A program made the translations under genes and the position numbers. Shown one piece after another: positions 9,857 to 20,075 of a DNA stretch of 64,000 nucleotides. Numbering within the stretch: position 1 is the first letter of the stretch; every line of letters begins with the position of its first letter. The notes beneath the pieces are model-generated. The model had not been told where the DNA came from and did no database searches. It saw nothing but the letters and a program-made list of their open reading frames with translations. This stretch comes from Dehalococcoidia bacterium (GTDB taxonomy: Bacteria > Chloroflexota > Dehalococcoidia > GIF9 > UBA5629), in assembly GCA_050011565.1 (NCBI GenBank), contig JBEKIW010000001.1, positions 160,001 to 224,000 of the forward strand, given 5' to 3'.

Positions 9857-9923
9857 AAATCCCTCTCAATCTCCCTTTAGGAAAGGGAGAGGTTCATTCT
9901 TCGACAGGCTCAGGATGAGCGGC
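9857..9923 (+). repeat. composite ~67-bp intergenic repeat, copy 1
   Basis: Near-identical to the reverse complement of 30742-30811. Confidence 0.85.
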
Positions 9924-9924
9924 C

Positions 9925-11034
9925 TTAAAGAGACTGGGCAAGGTGGAGATAAAGCTGGGCGGCCTGTACCACCTGCTGGAAGGAGACCGATTCTTCCGGC
10001 GTGTGGGCAGCTTCGAGCCGACCGGGGCCGACAACGATGGGGTCGACTCCGGCAGCCCAGAGCGCGCTGCCATCGGAATGGCTCCTGAAGTCCTGAGGCT
10101 CCCAGGGGAGGGACATCTTTTTATACGTTTCCTTTAATTTGGTTATCAACGGCCTCTCCTCGGAAATCCGATATCCGGCGTAGGTCTCTTCGAATTTGAG
10201 GCGGGCATTCAGACCGTTTATGTTGTCACCGGCTGACTTTATTAATTGTTCCAGCTCCGTCTTGAGCACGTCTATTCTGGCGTTGGGTGGCAGGTGAAGG
10301 TCGAGCCAGGCCTCGCAGGCATCGGGCACGACAAAGCCACCGGGGAAGCCCGAAAGCTCTCTGATGTTGTAAACCAGACCGTGTGGCGCTGCCACGGCAT
10401 ACTCCGTGATATGTAATAGAAGCTTCAACATTGACAAAATAGCATTGTGCCCCAACTCGGGCATGGAGGAGTGAGCTCTTTTACCCTCAGTGCGCAGCAT
10501 GACTTCTAGATAGCCGTAATGGCCGAGGCAGGGTACTAGGCTGGTAGGTTCGCCAATTACCGCCCAGGGGAAGCCATAGTCCTGAATCAGGGCTTTGGCG
10601 CCGCTGCTGTCCTCCTCTTCGCCAACCACTAGAGCCAGACCAACTGAAGGCAGAGCCTTTTTGCTGCCAGCTAGGTTAATAAAGGCTTCAATCATGGCGG
10701 CACAGCCGGCCTTCATATCCGTGGTACCCAGTCCGGATATAGTGTCGCCTTCCTCGCTGGGGCCGAAGTCCTCGAGGTCGTGGGCGGTAACGGTATCGAG
10801 ATGTCCCACAAAGCAGAGTTCGACTTCATCTTTCCCTGGCGGGAAAACTATCAGGTTGAAGCGGTTCTCATCGACTTCCTGCCTGCGTACCGCCAGATCG
10901 TGTTTCTTAAGGTATTTCTCGGTAAACTCGACGATTTCCTCTTCTTTGCCGGATGGACTGTATATGTCAACTAGGTCTTTGAGGAGGTTTTTCAGCCTTT
11001 TCGGTTTTATATTCATTGGCTTGTCATGATTCAT
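9925..11034 (-). CDS. M20 family metallopeptidase/deacetylase (ArgE/DapE-like)
   Basis: GHLDTV, GLGTTDMKAG, VGEEE, IGEP, AHSS, AHTPEE. Confidence 0.9.
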   Translation of the reverse strand: MNHDKPMNIKPKRLKNLLKDLVDIYSPSGKEEEIVEFTEKYLKKHDLAVRRQEVDENRFNLIVFPPGKDEVELCFVGHLDTVTAHDLEDFGPSEEGDTISGLGTTDMKAGCAAMIEAFINLAGSKKALPSVGLALVVGEEEDSSGAKALIQDYGFPWAVIGEPTSLVPCLGHYGYLEVMLRTEGKRAHSSMPELGHNAILSMLKLLLHITEYAVAAPHGLVYNIRELSGFPGGFVVPDACEAWLDLHLPPNARIDVLKTELEQLIKSAGDNINGLNARLKFEETYAGYRISEERPLITKLKETYKKMSLPWEPQDFRSHSDGSALWAAGVDPIVVGPGRLEAAHTPEESVSFQQVVQAAQLYLHLAQSL

Positions 11035-11561
11035 GAGGTTTTTGAGGAATTCTCAGCCCCGGCGTTTGGTCGGCGGATGGTTTTGACCAGCCAGACGTGC
11101 TGGCTGCTATCGGTGAAGCCAATGGACTTAAAGAAGGAAATGGCCGGCTCATTCTCGGCATCGGTATCGGCCATGATCATCCTGACACCGTTTCTTTTTA
11201 GCCTTTGTTCCAGCTTCCGATACAGGCGGATGCCCAGATTAGTTCTCTGGAAAGCTTCATCCACACCTATCCAGCTCAGATATCCGTATTTCTTCCAGGC
11301 GGTGCCTTCCTTCTCGATGGTGGTACCTATTACGAAGCCGATAATCTTTCCATCCGGTTCGGTCTCGGCAACCAGGCAGTAATCGGGGTCGGAAGTGAAA
11401 TAATCTGTTACCTCAAATTGGTCCCAGGTGCGATAGAGTGTGGGGAATTCCTCGCTGGTGAAAAGCTCCTCTCCCAGGTGATAGACGGCGCTGATATCGT
11501 CTATTTCCATCTGGCGGATGTTGGTTTTGACTCTCCTTTTTCTAGGCTTCTCCGATGGCAT
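11031..11561 (-). CDS. GNAT N-acetyltransferase
   Basis: GYLSWIGVDEAFQRTNLG, N..AI.FF..IGF; stop overlaps the M20 start (ATGA). Confidence 0.9.
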   Translation of the reverse strand: MPSEKPRKRRVKTNIRQMEIDDISAVYHLGEELFTSEEFPTLYRTWDQFEVTDYFTSDPDYCLVAETEPDGKIIGFVIGTTIEKEGTAWKKYGYLSWIGVDEAFQRTNLGIRLYRKLEQRLKRNGVRMIMADTDAENEPAISFFKSIGFTDSSQHVWLVKTIRRPNAGAENSSKTS

Positions 11562-11731
11562 TTATTCCTCCATGATTATTTTAAGATGATTGAGGTTTGA
11601 CGTGATGCTTTGGACTGGCTCCTTATTATATTGCAGCCAAAGCGGCAAGTCCATCCAAATGAAATCCCAAATCCCAATTTCTAAATCCTAAACAAATTCA
11701 AATATCCAATTACCAATGACCAAAATAGAGT

Positions 11732-11811
11732 CTGTCATTGCGAGGCACAAGGTGCCGTGGCAATCTAGGTGGGGTTGTGGGCAGAGATTGCTTCGCTTCG
11801 CTCGCAATGAC
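11732..11811. repeat. REP-like inverted repeat
   Basis: tgtcattgcgag...gcaatct ... agattgc...ctcgcaatgaca. Confidence 0.8.
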
Positions 11812-11823
11812 AAGTGGTATATG

Positions 11824-13026
11824 TTAAACCGGGTTTATTCTGCCGCAGTGGGGGCACTTGATTTCAGACAATTTGTAGCTGGGCGGCAACCGCAGCTTCG
11901 TGCCGCAGGCGCAGGTGATGGTTCTATACTTGTTAGCGTTCCACAGCGCGTTGGTGGTCTCCCGGACCCGCTGCACCTCTTCAAGCTTTTCGGTTGTCTC
12001 TGGCTGCGCGGCTCGAAGAGAGACAGTTCCGGCAGACGCTACCGCAGCTGCGGGTATAAATGCTTTGTCGGTATGGAGGACCTGTTGATAAGCTGTGGAA
12101 TAGTCTTCATAGGAGGCGCCGGACATGGCGCGGAGTATGCGGATACGTTCGGATATGGGTGGGTGGGTGCTGGTCAAGTCATCGGCGGACATACCCTTTT
12201 TGCGGAACGGGTTGATAATGTACATCGGTGCTGTGGCTTTATTTGCTGATTTTAGCTCGTCGGTGGAGGCGGCTAATTTTTCCAGCGCTGATGCCAGACC
12301 CTCCGGGTATCTGGTGTACAAAGCTGAGGAGGCGTCAGCCAGATATTCTCTCCTTCTGGAAAGTGCGAGGTAAATCAGTTGAGCGAAAATAGGTGCCAGT
12401 ATCATGAGAATAATAGCTACGGCGAGAATGATAATCTGACCCCCGCTGCCTCCCGAAGAAGAGCTTCTTCTGGTCCTGCCCATGCCGCCGAAAATCAGGA
12501 ATCGCGAGGCGTACCAGGCCAGCACCACGATGGTTCCGAGGAGGACAGCGCACATAGCCATCAGTAGCACGTCACGATTCCTAACGTGCGCCATTTCATG
12601 CCCGACAACTCCCTGCAGTTCATCTCGATTGAGTTTCTGCAACAGTCCGGAGGTGACGGTCACGGTAGCCTTTTTAGTATTTCGTCCGGTGGCGAAGGCG
12701 TTAAGTGCCGGGTCGTCCATTATATATATGTCGGGCATTTTATCCAGCCCCGAGGCGATTTTCATTTCTTCAACTACGTTGTAAAGACGGGGGAGGTCGT
12801 CAGGAGCGATTTTTTTGGCTCGTGATACGGCGAGCAGAATGTTGTCTCCCTGGAAATATCCAACCAGGCTCATAATGCCCCATATTATCAGTGCCATGAA
12901 CAGGCCGAACATGCCGCTATCGAAGAAGTAAAGACCCAGGAAATAGCCGAGCAGGGCGAGCAATACGCCCATCCCTATGACCAGAATTATGGACCTGGTT
13001 TGGTTAGACCGAATCTGTTGCCACAT
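11824..13026 (-). CDS. htpX: HtpX-like M48 zinc metalloprotease with C-terminal zinc ribbon
   Basis: NAFATG, HEMAH, REYLAD, THPP; C-terminal CACG...CPHCG; start placed at ATG 13026. Confidence 0.9.
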   Translation of the reverse strand: MWQQIRSNQTRSIILVIGMGVLLALLGYFLGLYFFDSGMFGLFMALIIWGIMSLVGYFQGDNILLAVSRAKKIAPDDLPRLYNVVEEMKIASGLDKMPDIYIMDDPALNAFATGRNTKKATVTVTSGLLQKLNRDELQGVVGHEMAHVRNRDVLLMAMCAVLLGTIVVLAWYASRFLIFGGMGRTRRSSSSGGSGGQIIILAVAIILMILAPIFAQLIYLALSRRREYLADASSALYTRYPEGLASALEKLAASTDELKSANKATAPMYIINPFRKKGMSADDLTSTHPPISERIRILRAMSGASYEDYSTAYQQVLHTDKAFIPAAAVASAGTVSLRAAQPETTEKLEEVQRVRETTNALWNANKYRTITCACGTKLRLPPSYKLSEIKCPHCGRINPV

Positions 13027-13106
13027 ATAGATAAGCACGAAATCCCAAATAGCAAATCCCAAACATTATTGTTCTGGACGTGAACTCAGGATTTCCTTTT
13101 AATTGA

Positions 13107-13673
13107 CTAAGTTAAACTGACTTTGGGTACTTCTTTCTCTTCGGGTACGGTGACCTCAAAGAATTCGCCCGGCTTAAAGCCAGCCATACCGGCAATGATG
13201 TTTGACGGAAACATCTGCGTCTGATTGTTGTAGGTTAACACCGAATCGTTGTAAAACTGGCGGGAGAAGCTGATTTTGTTTTCAGTTGAGGCCAGCTCCT
13301 CCTGGAGAGACAAGAAGTTCTGGCTGGCCTTGAGGTCGGGGTACCTTTCAGCCACCGCCAGAAGGCGGGTCAGAGCTGTACCCAGCTCACCCTCTGCCTT
13401 GGCGCGCTCACCCGGGCCGGCGGACGTTGCCTGCTGGGCGATGGTGCGGGCCTTGGTTATGGCTTCCAATGTTTCCCGCTCGTATTTCATGTAGCCTTTG
13501 ACCATTTCAATCAGGTTCGGTATGAGGTCATGTCGCCTTTTTAGCTGGACGTCTATCTGTGCCCAGGCGTTCTTCACCTGGTTGCGCAGCCGAACCAGGC
13601 CGTTGTAGGTGGCGACGAAGGCGATAAGAAGAATGACTACGATGCCGATTATTACCCAGATTAATATCGTCAT
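13107..13673 (-). CDS. lemA: LemA family protein
   Basis: YNGLV.LRN.V.NAWAQIDVQLKRRHDLIPNL, YPDLKAS.NF, FPSNIIA. Confidence 0.95.
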   Translation of the reverse strand: MTILIWVIIGIVVILLIAFVATYNGLVRLRNQVKNAWAQIDVQLKRRHDLIPNLIEMVKGYMKYERETLEAITKARTIAQQATSAGPGERAKAEGELGTALTRLLAVAERYPDLKASQNFLSLQEELASTENKISFSRQFYNDSVLTYNNQTQMFPSNIIAGMAGFKPGEFFEVTVPEEKEVPKVSLT

Positions 13674-13707
13674 AAAATTCCTCCTTTACATTTTATCCTG
13701 TTTTATC

Positions 13708-14127
13708 TCAGGCCGTGGCTTTGAATACTTCTCCTAAGAAATTTATTACCTTGTGCTGAGCTTCTTGTCCGGCTGGTTTTTTCTTAGCCAGCTCTTTTAC
13801 CAGCTGAGCTACCTCTCCACCATCGAACCACAGGCCGTCTTTGTGTGTGCAAACATCTATCAGTATTTCCGGATGTTCGCCTATGGTGGTTTTCTTCATT
13901 TTCCGCCGGCAAATGGGACATTTTCTTTTCTTTTCCGATGTGCTTGCTTCCGCGGAAGCTAAGATGTGGCTTAGCAGCAGGTCGTGGGTATCTAAATTCA
14001 TTGACTTCAGCAAAAGCTCGAGTTCGTCAGAGTCGAACCACAGTCCGTGACAGTTAAGACAATAGTCGAGCTCAACGTTGCTATACTCAACAACTATCAT
14101 GTCTTTATTGCAGGCGGGACAAATCAT
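13708..14127 (-). CDS. tandem zf-TFIIB zinc-ribbon protein
   Basis: Two CP.C...D.C..(C/D).G.WFD..E repeats. Confidence 0.85.
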   Translation of the reverse strand: MICPACNKDMIVVEYSNVELDYCLNCHGLWFDSDELELLLKSMNLDTHDLLLSHILASAEASTSEKKRKCPICRRKMKKTTIGEHPEILIDVCTHKDGLWFDGGEVAQLVKELAKKKPAGQEAQHKVINFLGEVFKATA

Positions 14128-14250
14128 GGTCGTTATACCTCACAAAAGATAAGTTTAGAATCCTTATGGAACTGTGTCAAGTCAGCTTGGTGTGGCTATT
14201 CGCAGTTGTTATATCCGGTATGGTAATATTTAATTGGAGCGGAGGATGAT

Positions 14251-14940
14251 ATGGCACACGGATATGAGATTAACGAATTAGTTAAAGAAGATTCCTGGCG
14301 AATGTTCCGGATAATCGGAGAACTGGTGGAAGGGTTTGACAGCCTTTCCGGTCTGGAGCCGGCCATAACCATATACGGCTCAGCGCGGCTGAAGGCTGAC
14401 GAGAAACTTTATGCTCAAACAGAAGAAATAGCCCGGCGGCTTGGAGAACTGGGCTTTAACATCATAACCGGCGGCGGGCCCGGTGTCATGGAAGCTGCCA
14501 ACAAAGGTGCACTTGAAGCCGGCGTTGCTTCGATAGGGCTCAACATAGAACTGCCGGAGGAGCAGGCGCTTAATCCTTATACAACGCGCTCCATAATATT
14601 TCATCATTTCTTTGTTCGCAAGGTCATGCTGGTGAAATATGCCACCGCCTACATTATGATGCCCGGCGGTCTGGGAACACTCGATGAGTTGACCGAAGTG
14701 CTGACGCTAATGCAGACCCACAAAATAAAACCTTTCCCGGTGGTCTTGTTCGATAGTAAATACTGGAAAGGGTTTCTGGACTGGCTGCACAGTCAAACAT
14801 TAGCCAGAGCCTTTGTCTCCGAACAGGACTTCGACCTGCTCAGGATTTGCGACACGCCCGATGAAGTTATCCAAACGGTTCAGCAATGGTATATAAAGCG
14901 CGAAATTGTAGGTAGAAGGGCTGTAGTCAAACAATCTTAG
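14251..14940 (+). CDS. LOG family (TIGR00730) nucleotide phosphoribohydrolase
   Basis: YGSAR, TGGGPGVMEA, RKVML, PGGLGTLDE. Confidence 0.92.
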   Translation: MAHGYEINELVKEDSWRMFRIIGELVEGFDSLSGLEPAITIYGSARLKADEKLYAQTEEIARRLGELGFNIITGGGPGVMEAANKGALEAGVASIGLNIELPEEQALNPYTTRSIIFHHFFVRKVMLVKYATAYIMMPGGLGTLDELTEVLTLMQTHKIKPFPVVLFDSKYWKGFLDWLHSQTLARAFVSEQDFDLLRICDTPDEVIQTVQQWYIKREIVGRRAVVKQS

Positions 14941-14949
14941 TCCGAGCGC

Positions 14950-16353
14950 CTAGTCCAGGATAGACTGACTTTTGTATTCCGGGACGATAACGTTCCACCC
15001 CATCCTGTCTTTGACCATACCGGCGAAATGCTGTGACACGCTTGACTCACCGTGAGTTATGAACAGGCGTCTCGGCGGCTGGCGCAGGCTTGACAGCCAT
15101 TTGATAAGCTCGTCTCTATCGGCATGTGCCGAAAAGCCGTCTATCTGTACCACTCTGGCTTTGACCGGATAGTACTCTCCAAATATCCTGACTTCTTTAG
15201 TGCCATCTACTATTTCTCTGCCTAGAGTCCCTACCGCCTGAAAGCCGACAAAAAGTATGGTGCTCTCGTTCCTCGAGATGTTGGTCACCAGGTGGTGTTT
15301 AATCCTGCCGCCGGTACACATTCCGGAGCCGGCGATGATAATAACAGTCCCCTTTATCCGGTTTATCGCCTTGGACTCGCCGGCTGTTCTGACCAGTCTC
15401 AAACCATGAAAGCCAAAGGGTGACCCTTGCCGCATAAATTCAGTCATTTCCTCATCGAACAGCTCGGGATGATGTTCAAACACCTGGTTAATACTCATTG
15501 CCATAGGGCTGTCGACGAAGACGATAAGGTGCGGGATACGGTCTTCGATGAGGAATTCGTTCAGATAGTACAGTATTTCCTGCGACCTCTCCAAAGCGAA
15601 GCTAGGTATAACTATGTTACCTCCTGATTTCACGGTGGCGTTTATGGTGTCAGCCAGCTTGTCGGCGGCGTCTTCTAAGGACTCACTTAATCTATCGCCG
15701 TATGTGGACTCCACAAGGACGTAGTCTGCCGCTTGGAACAAGGTCGGGTCGTGGAGTATCGGCTTGCCCCAGCGGCCGATGTCTCCGGAGAAGAGAATCG
15801 TCCTCTCCTCTCCATTTTGCCTTATGTTGACTTTTATCATTGATGAGCCCAGTACATGACCGGCGTCGTAGAAGGTGGCTTCGACATCTTCGCCTATAGT
15901 AACCGGTGTTCCATACTCGATGGATGATAATTGTGGGAAAGAAGCCTTAGCGTCATCTACCGTGTACAACGGGGTTTCCAGATAAGGGCCTTTTCTCTTT
16001 TCCTTTTGGTGCCTCTTTCTCTTAAATTCTGCGTCTTCCTGCTGGAGGTTCGCCGCGTCGAGGAGCATGATTTCGGCGATTTCAGTAGTGGCAGCCGTGC
16101 CGTAAATCGGGCCGCGGAAGCCTTCGCGGACCAGCTTGGGCAAAAGGCCGCTGTGGTCGAGGTGGGCATGGGTCAGCAGGACGCAATCCAGAGTTCCCGG
16201 CGATGCGGGAAAAGGCGCCCAGTTTCGTCCCGTGAGTTCCCTCTCCTGGTAAAGTCCGCAGTCGACCAGGAACCTGGTGTTGCCGGCTTCAATGAGGTAG
16301 CATGAGCCGGTAACGCTTTGGGCTGCGCCGAGAAAGGTTAATTTGATTTGCAT
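14950..16353 (-). CDS. MBL-fold beta-CASP ribonuclease (Ysh1-like)
   Basis: GAAQSVTGS, DCGLYQ, THAHLDHSG, AGHVLGS, ESTYG, GSGMCTGGRI, FSAHAD, HGE. Confidence 0.92.
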   Translation of the reverse strand: MQIKLTFLGAAQSVTGSCYLIEAGNTRFLVDCGLYQERELTGRNWAPFPASPGTLDCVLLTHAHLDHSGLLPKLVREGFRGPIYGTAATTEIAEIMLLDAANLQQEDAEFKRKRHQKEKRKGPYLETPLYTVDDAKASFPQLSSIEYGTPVTIGEDVEATFYDAGHVLGSSMIKVNIRQNGEERTILFSGDIGRWGKPILHDPTLFQAADYVLVESTYGDRLSESLEDAADKLADTINATVKSGGNIVIPSFALERSQEILYYLNEFLIEDRIPHLIVFVDSPMAMSINQVFEHHPELFDEEMTEFMRQGSPFGFHGLRLVRTAGESKAINRIKGTVIIIAGSGMCTGGRIKHHLVTNISRNESTILFVGFQAVGTLGREIVDGTKEVRIFGEYYPVKARVVQIDGFSAHADRDELIKWLSSLRQPPRRLFITHGESSVSQHFAGMVKDRMGWNVIVPEYKSQSILD

Positions 16354-16535
16354 GTTTTGAGATAATAGCAGAAGCGAGATAGTAAGGCAAAGGCTTGACC
16401 TGTCGGCTTAGTACCTTCGTACTGGTAGTAAATCAGGGGGCTTCGTTTAGGTATATTTATGCTTGACGAAGGATTCCGGCAATGTTAAATTATCACAGAT
16501 TGTGTTGAGACCTATATTTTGAAAGGAGTTGACAT

Positions 16536-17630
16536 ATGATTTCATTCAGTCCTACCGAAGAACAGCAAATGATCGTGAAGCTGGTAAAGCAGTTCGCCAC
16601 CGATGAGATGCGGAAAATCTACAGGGAGTGCGATGAAAACAGTGAAATTCCCGGTCATATCATCGATACGGCGTGGGCAATGGGGCTGGTTTCCTCCGGC
16701 ATACCAGAGGAGTACGGCGGTCCGGGCGGCGAGCATTCGGCTTTAACCGGTGCGCTGCTAGCTGAGGAACTAGCCTGGGGCGACCTGTCTATGGCCATGC
16801 ATATTCTGTGCCCGGCTCTGGTGGTTTATCCGATTCTCGAGATGGGCACCGAGGAGCAGAAGAAAAAGTATCTCCCTGCTTTCTGCGAAGATAAGTTCAA
16901 AGCAGCCAGCGCTGCTCTCACTGAGCCTCGCTTTGAATTTGACCCGAGCTCCCTTGCAACCACTGCGAATCTCAAGGACGGAAGCTATGCGCTCAAAGGG
17001 CAGAAGTGCTACGTTCCGCTAGCCGCTGATGCCGACCCGTTACTGGTCTATGCAGCCCTGAAAGGCAACAGTTGCTGTTACATCGTGGAGAAGGGCACCA
17101 AGGGGCTGGAGATTGGCGAACGGGAAAAGAACATGGGCATCAGAGCCTTAGCCACCTACGAACTTAGTCTGAAGAACTGCAGCGTATCCAAGGAGAATCG
17201 TCTCGGCGGCGACAAAGGATTTGACTTCGCGCGTATTCAAAATTGTTCACGGGTAGCTCTCTCGGCGATGGCTGTCGGCGTAGCCAGGGCTGCCTTTGAG
17301 TACTCAAGAGATTATGCCAAGGAGCGTTTTGCCTTCGGCGAGCCGATTGCGTCCAGACAGGCAATCGCTTTCATGCTGGCGGAGATGGCCATTGAAGTAG
17401 ACGCTGCCAGATTGATGACCTGGGAGGCTGGTTGGAAGCTGGACCGAAAAGAAGAGGCGACCAAAGAAGCTGCCCTGGTGAAGGCGTATGCCGATGACAT
17501 GGTGCTAATGGTGACCGACCGTGCCGTGCAGATATTGGGTGGGCATGGATACATACGTGAGCACCCGGTTGAGCTGTGGCTGAGGAACGGTCGCGGATTT
17601 GCCACTTTCGATGGCATGGCTATTGTATAG
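16536..17630 (+). CDS. acyl-CoA dehydrogenase family protein, probable non-catalytic subunit
   Basis: ACAD fold (ALTEP, R.AFG.PI...QAI, QILGGHGY) but ends TFDGMAIV, without the usual I(F/Y)EGT Glu motif. Confidence 0.85.
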   Translation: MISFSPTEEQQMIVKLVKQFATDEMRKIYRECDENSEIPGHIIDTAWAMGLVSSGIPEEYGGPGGEHSALTGALLAEELAWGDLSMAMHILCPALVVYPILEMGTEEQKKKYLPAFCEDKFKAASAALTEPRFEFDPSSLATTANLKDGSYALKGQKCYVPLAADADPLLVYAALKGNSCCYIVEKGTKGLEIGEREKNMGIRALATYELSLKNCSVSKENRLGGDKGFDFARIQNCSRVALSAMAVGVARAAFEYSRDYAKERFAFGEPIASRQAIAFMLAEMAIEVDAARLMTWEAGWKLDRKEEATKEAALVKAYADDMVLMVTDRAVQILGGHGYIREHPVELWLRNGRGFATFDGMAIV

Positions 17631-17646
17631 AAGGAGGTATGCGAAA

Positions 17647-18843
17647 ATGATAGATTTCGAACTGACACCGGAACAAAAAGAAGCAGTAGCAGCAGCTCAC
17701 AAGATGGCGGAAGAGTTATTTCGGCCTATAAGCCGCTACTATGATGAACATGAACATGAGAGCCCGAAGGAACTCATCGACAAGTTGTGGGAGGGAAGAC
17801 TACAAGGCAGTTTGCTTGGCGGGCTAGACGCAACTGCAGCGTTGAAGACCGAGGAGATCTGCTGGGGTGATGCCGGTCTTTATTTATGCATGCCGACTCC
17901 GGGTCTGGGAGGCGCGGCTATTTTTGCCACTGGGACACCGGAGCAGATACAGCGTTTTTTGGGCAACTTCAATGAAGGTGGGCCGAAATGGGGTGCTATG
18001 GCCATGACAGAAGCTGGTTGCGGTTCGGATACCTCTGCTATCACTGCCACCGCAGTACTCGATGGCGATGAGTGGGTGCTTAATGGTGAGAAGATATTTG
18101 TAACCTACGGGAAAAAAGCCATAGCAGATTCCGAAGGGCTGGTGGTGGTCTGGGCTACCGTGGATAAATCAGCGGGGCGCGCCGGCATGAAGTCATTCGT
18201 GGTGCCGGCTAAAACTCCGGGGGCGCGAGTGGAAAAGTTGGAGAAAAAGCTGGGAATTAAAGCCAGTGATACTGCCACCATAGTTTTGGATAATTGCCGC
18301 ATCCCCTACGAAAACATACTGGGTAGTCCTGAGGTCAGGAAGATAGACAAAGCCGGCACCGCCGGCTTCAAAAGGGCAATGGCTACCTTCGATGCCACGC
18401 GACCCATTATCGCGGCTCAGGCTTTAGGTGTTGGTCGTGCCGCCCTCGATTTCGTAAAGGAAACACTGGAAAAGGAAGGTATCAAAATACGCTATGGCTT
18501 GCCGCGTAACAAGCTTAGCGCCCTGGAACGGGATGTCATGGACATGGAAGCCAATTATAAGGCAGCCAAGCTGCTGACATTGCGTGCGTTGTGGATGATG
18601 AGCCAGATGCTGCCAAACAGCCTGGAAGCATCGATGGCAAAATCGAAAGCCGGACTGGCCGTTACCAGAATCACCCAGAAAGCGGTGGAAATTATGGGGC
18701 CGCTGGGCTATTCCAGAAAATGCCTGCTGGAAAAGTGGATGCGCGATGCCAAGATAAACGATATCTTCGAGGGTACCGGTCAGATTAACATGCTGGTAGT
18801 GGCACGGCGAGTCCTAGATTTTTCCAGAGAGCAGCTTAAATAA
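17647..18843 (+). CDS. acyl-CoA dehydrogenase
   Basis: AMTEAGCGSD, NGEKIFVT, KLGIKASDT, RDAKINDIFEGT; AGGAGG RBS before ATG 17647. Confidence 0.92.
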   Translation: MIDFELTPEQKEAVAAAHKMAEELFRPISRYYDEHEHESPKELIDKLWEGRLQGSLLGGLDATAALKTEEICWGDAGLYLCMPTPGLGGAAIFATGTPEQIQRFLGNFNEGGPKWGAMAMTEAGCGSDTSAITATAVLDGDEWVLNGEKIFVTYGKKAIADSEGLVVVWATVDKSAGRAGMKSFVVPAKTPGARVEKLEKKLGIKASDTATIVLDNCRIPYENILGSPEVRKIDKAGTAGFKRAMATFDATRPIIAAQALGVGRAALDFVKETLEKEGIKIRYGLPRNKLSALERDVMDMEANYKAAKLLTLRALWMMSQMLPNSLEASMAKSKAGLAVTRITQKAVEIMGPLGYSRKCLLEKWMRDAKINDIFEGTGQINMLVVARRVLDFSREQLK

Positions 18844-18918
18844 AGTAACCGTAAAGATTACTGTACAGGTTTCTGACGGCGTCAGGGCCTTTGTGGACGG
18901 ATTGGCTTAAGTAAGATC

Positions 18919-19878
18919 TTAAGGCGGGCACTTGGCGCAGAACGACCGGAACAGAGTAGTGCTCAGGTAGCGGTCGCCGCGGTCGGGCAATATGACCACA
19001 ATGGTGCCGGAGTTCAGGTTTTTGGCTATGTGTAACGCTCCGGCGGCTGCAGCTCCGCTTGACATACCGACAAAGAGACCTTCTTTGACAGCCAGCAGCC
19101 GCGTCGTTTCAAATGCTTCTTCGTCTTCAACTACCACCTTTTCATCGAATATCTCGGGGTGGTAGATTTTGGGGACTATGGATTCATTCATGTTCTTCAG
19201 TCCCTGTATGGTGTGTCCCACCGTGGGCTCTACGGCAACTATTTTCATACCGGGTTTTTTCTCTTTGAGGTATTTCCCGGTCCCCATCAGCGTTCCTGTT
19301 GTCCCCATGCCAGCCACTAATATATCGACTTCCCCATTGGTCTGAGACAGTATCTCAGGACCTGTCGTTTCATAATGAGCCAAGACGTTGGCATCGTTGT
19401 CGAACTGATTGGGCATATAGTGTTTATCGGGTTCTTCGGCGAACAGTTGTCGTGCCCGTCTGATGGCACCGTCGGTACCTTCCTCTGCCGGGGTGAGCAT
19501 AACTTCAGCGCCCAGTGCAGCCAGGGTACGCTGCCTCTCTGTGCTGACACATTCGGGCATAAAAAGTTTGACATGGTAGCCTTTGGCGGCGCCTATCATG
19601 GCCAGGGCAATTCCCATGTTTCCGGAGGTCGGCTCGACGATTGCCTTATCTTTGGTGAGCTTCCCAGATTCCTCAGCCTTGACTATCATATAGTAGGCGG
19701 GGCGGTCTTTAACTGAACCGCCGGGATTGCTGCCTTCGAGCTTCCCCAGTATTTTTACCCTCGAATTGCCATTTAGATTTTTCAACTCTACCAGCGGCGT
19801 ATTGCCGATAGCGTCGAAGATGCTGAATTTTCTATTTTCCATAGACTTTATAACGTCTCCCGAAGTCTTAACTTTCAT
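18919..19878 (-). CDS. cysteine synthase (CysM/CysK family)
   Basis: IGNTPLV, NPGGSVKDR, PTSGN, GMGTTGT, DRGDRYLS; C-terminal CAKCPP. Confidence 0.92.
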   Translation of the reverse strand: MKVKTSGDVIKSMENRKFSIFDAIGNTPLVELKNLNGNSRVKILGKLEGSNPGGSVKDRPAYYMIVKAEESGKLTKDKAIVEPTSGNMGIALAMIGAAKGYHVKLFMPECVSTERQRTLAALGAEVMLTPAEEGTDGAIRRARQLFAEEPDKHYMPNQFDNDANVLAHYETTGPEILSQTNGEVDILVAGMGTTGTLMGTGKYLKEKKPGMKIVAVEPTVGHTIQGLKNMNESIVPKIYHPEIFDEKVVVEDEEAFETTRLLAVKEGLFVGMSSGAAAAGALHIAKNLNSGTIVVILPDRGDRYLSTTLFRSFCAKCPP

Positions 19879-20075
19879 TGAATAAACCTGACTTTAAATT
19901 ACAATACTCGCTGAAGTAGTCTACGACAAACGGGCTTTGCAAATCAAGTTTTTATGCCTGTCTTGAATCTGGACGACAAATGTTACGACCGTATGTAGGG
20001 ACAGGCTTTAGACATTTCCGGGACTGACAGAGTTGAAGGTCTGTACCGTGAGGGTGAAACCTGAGACAATCTCGC

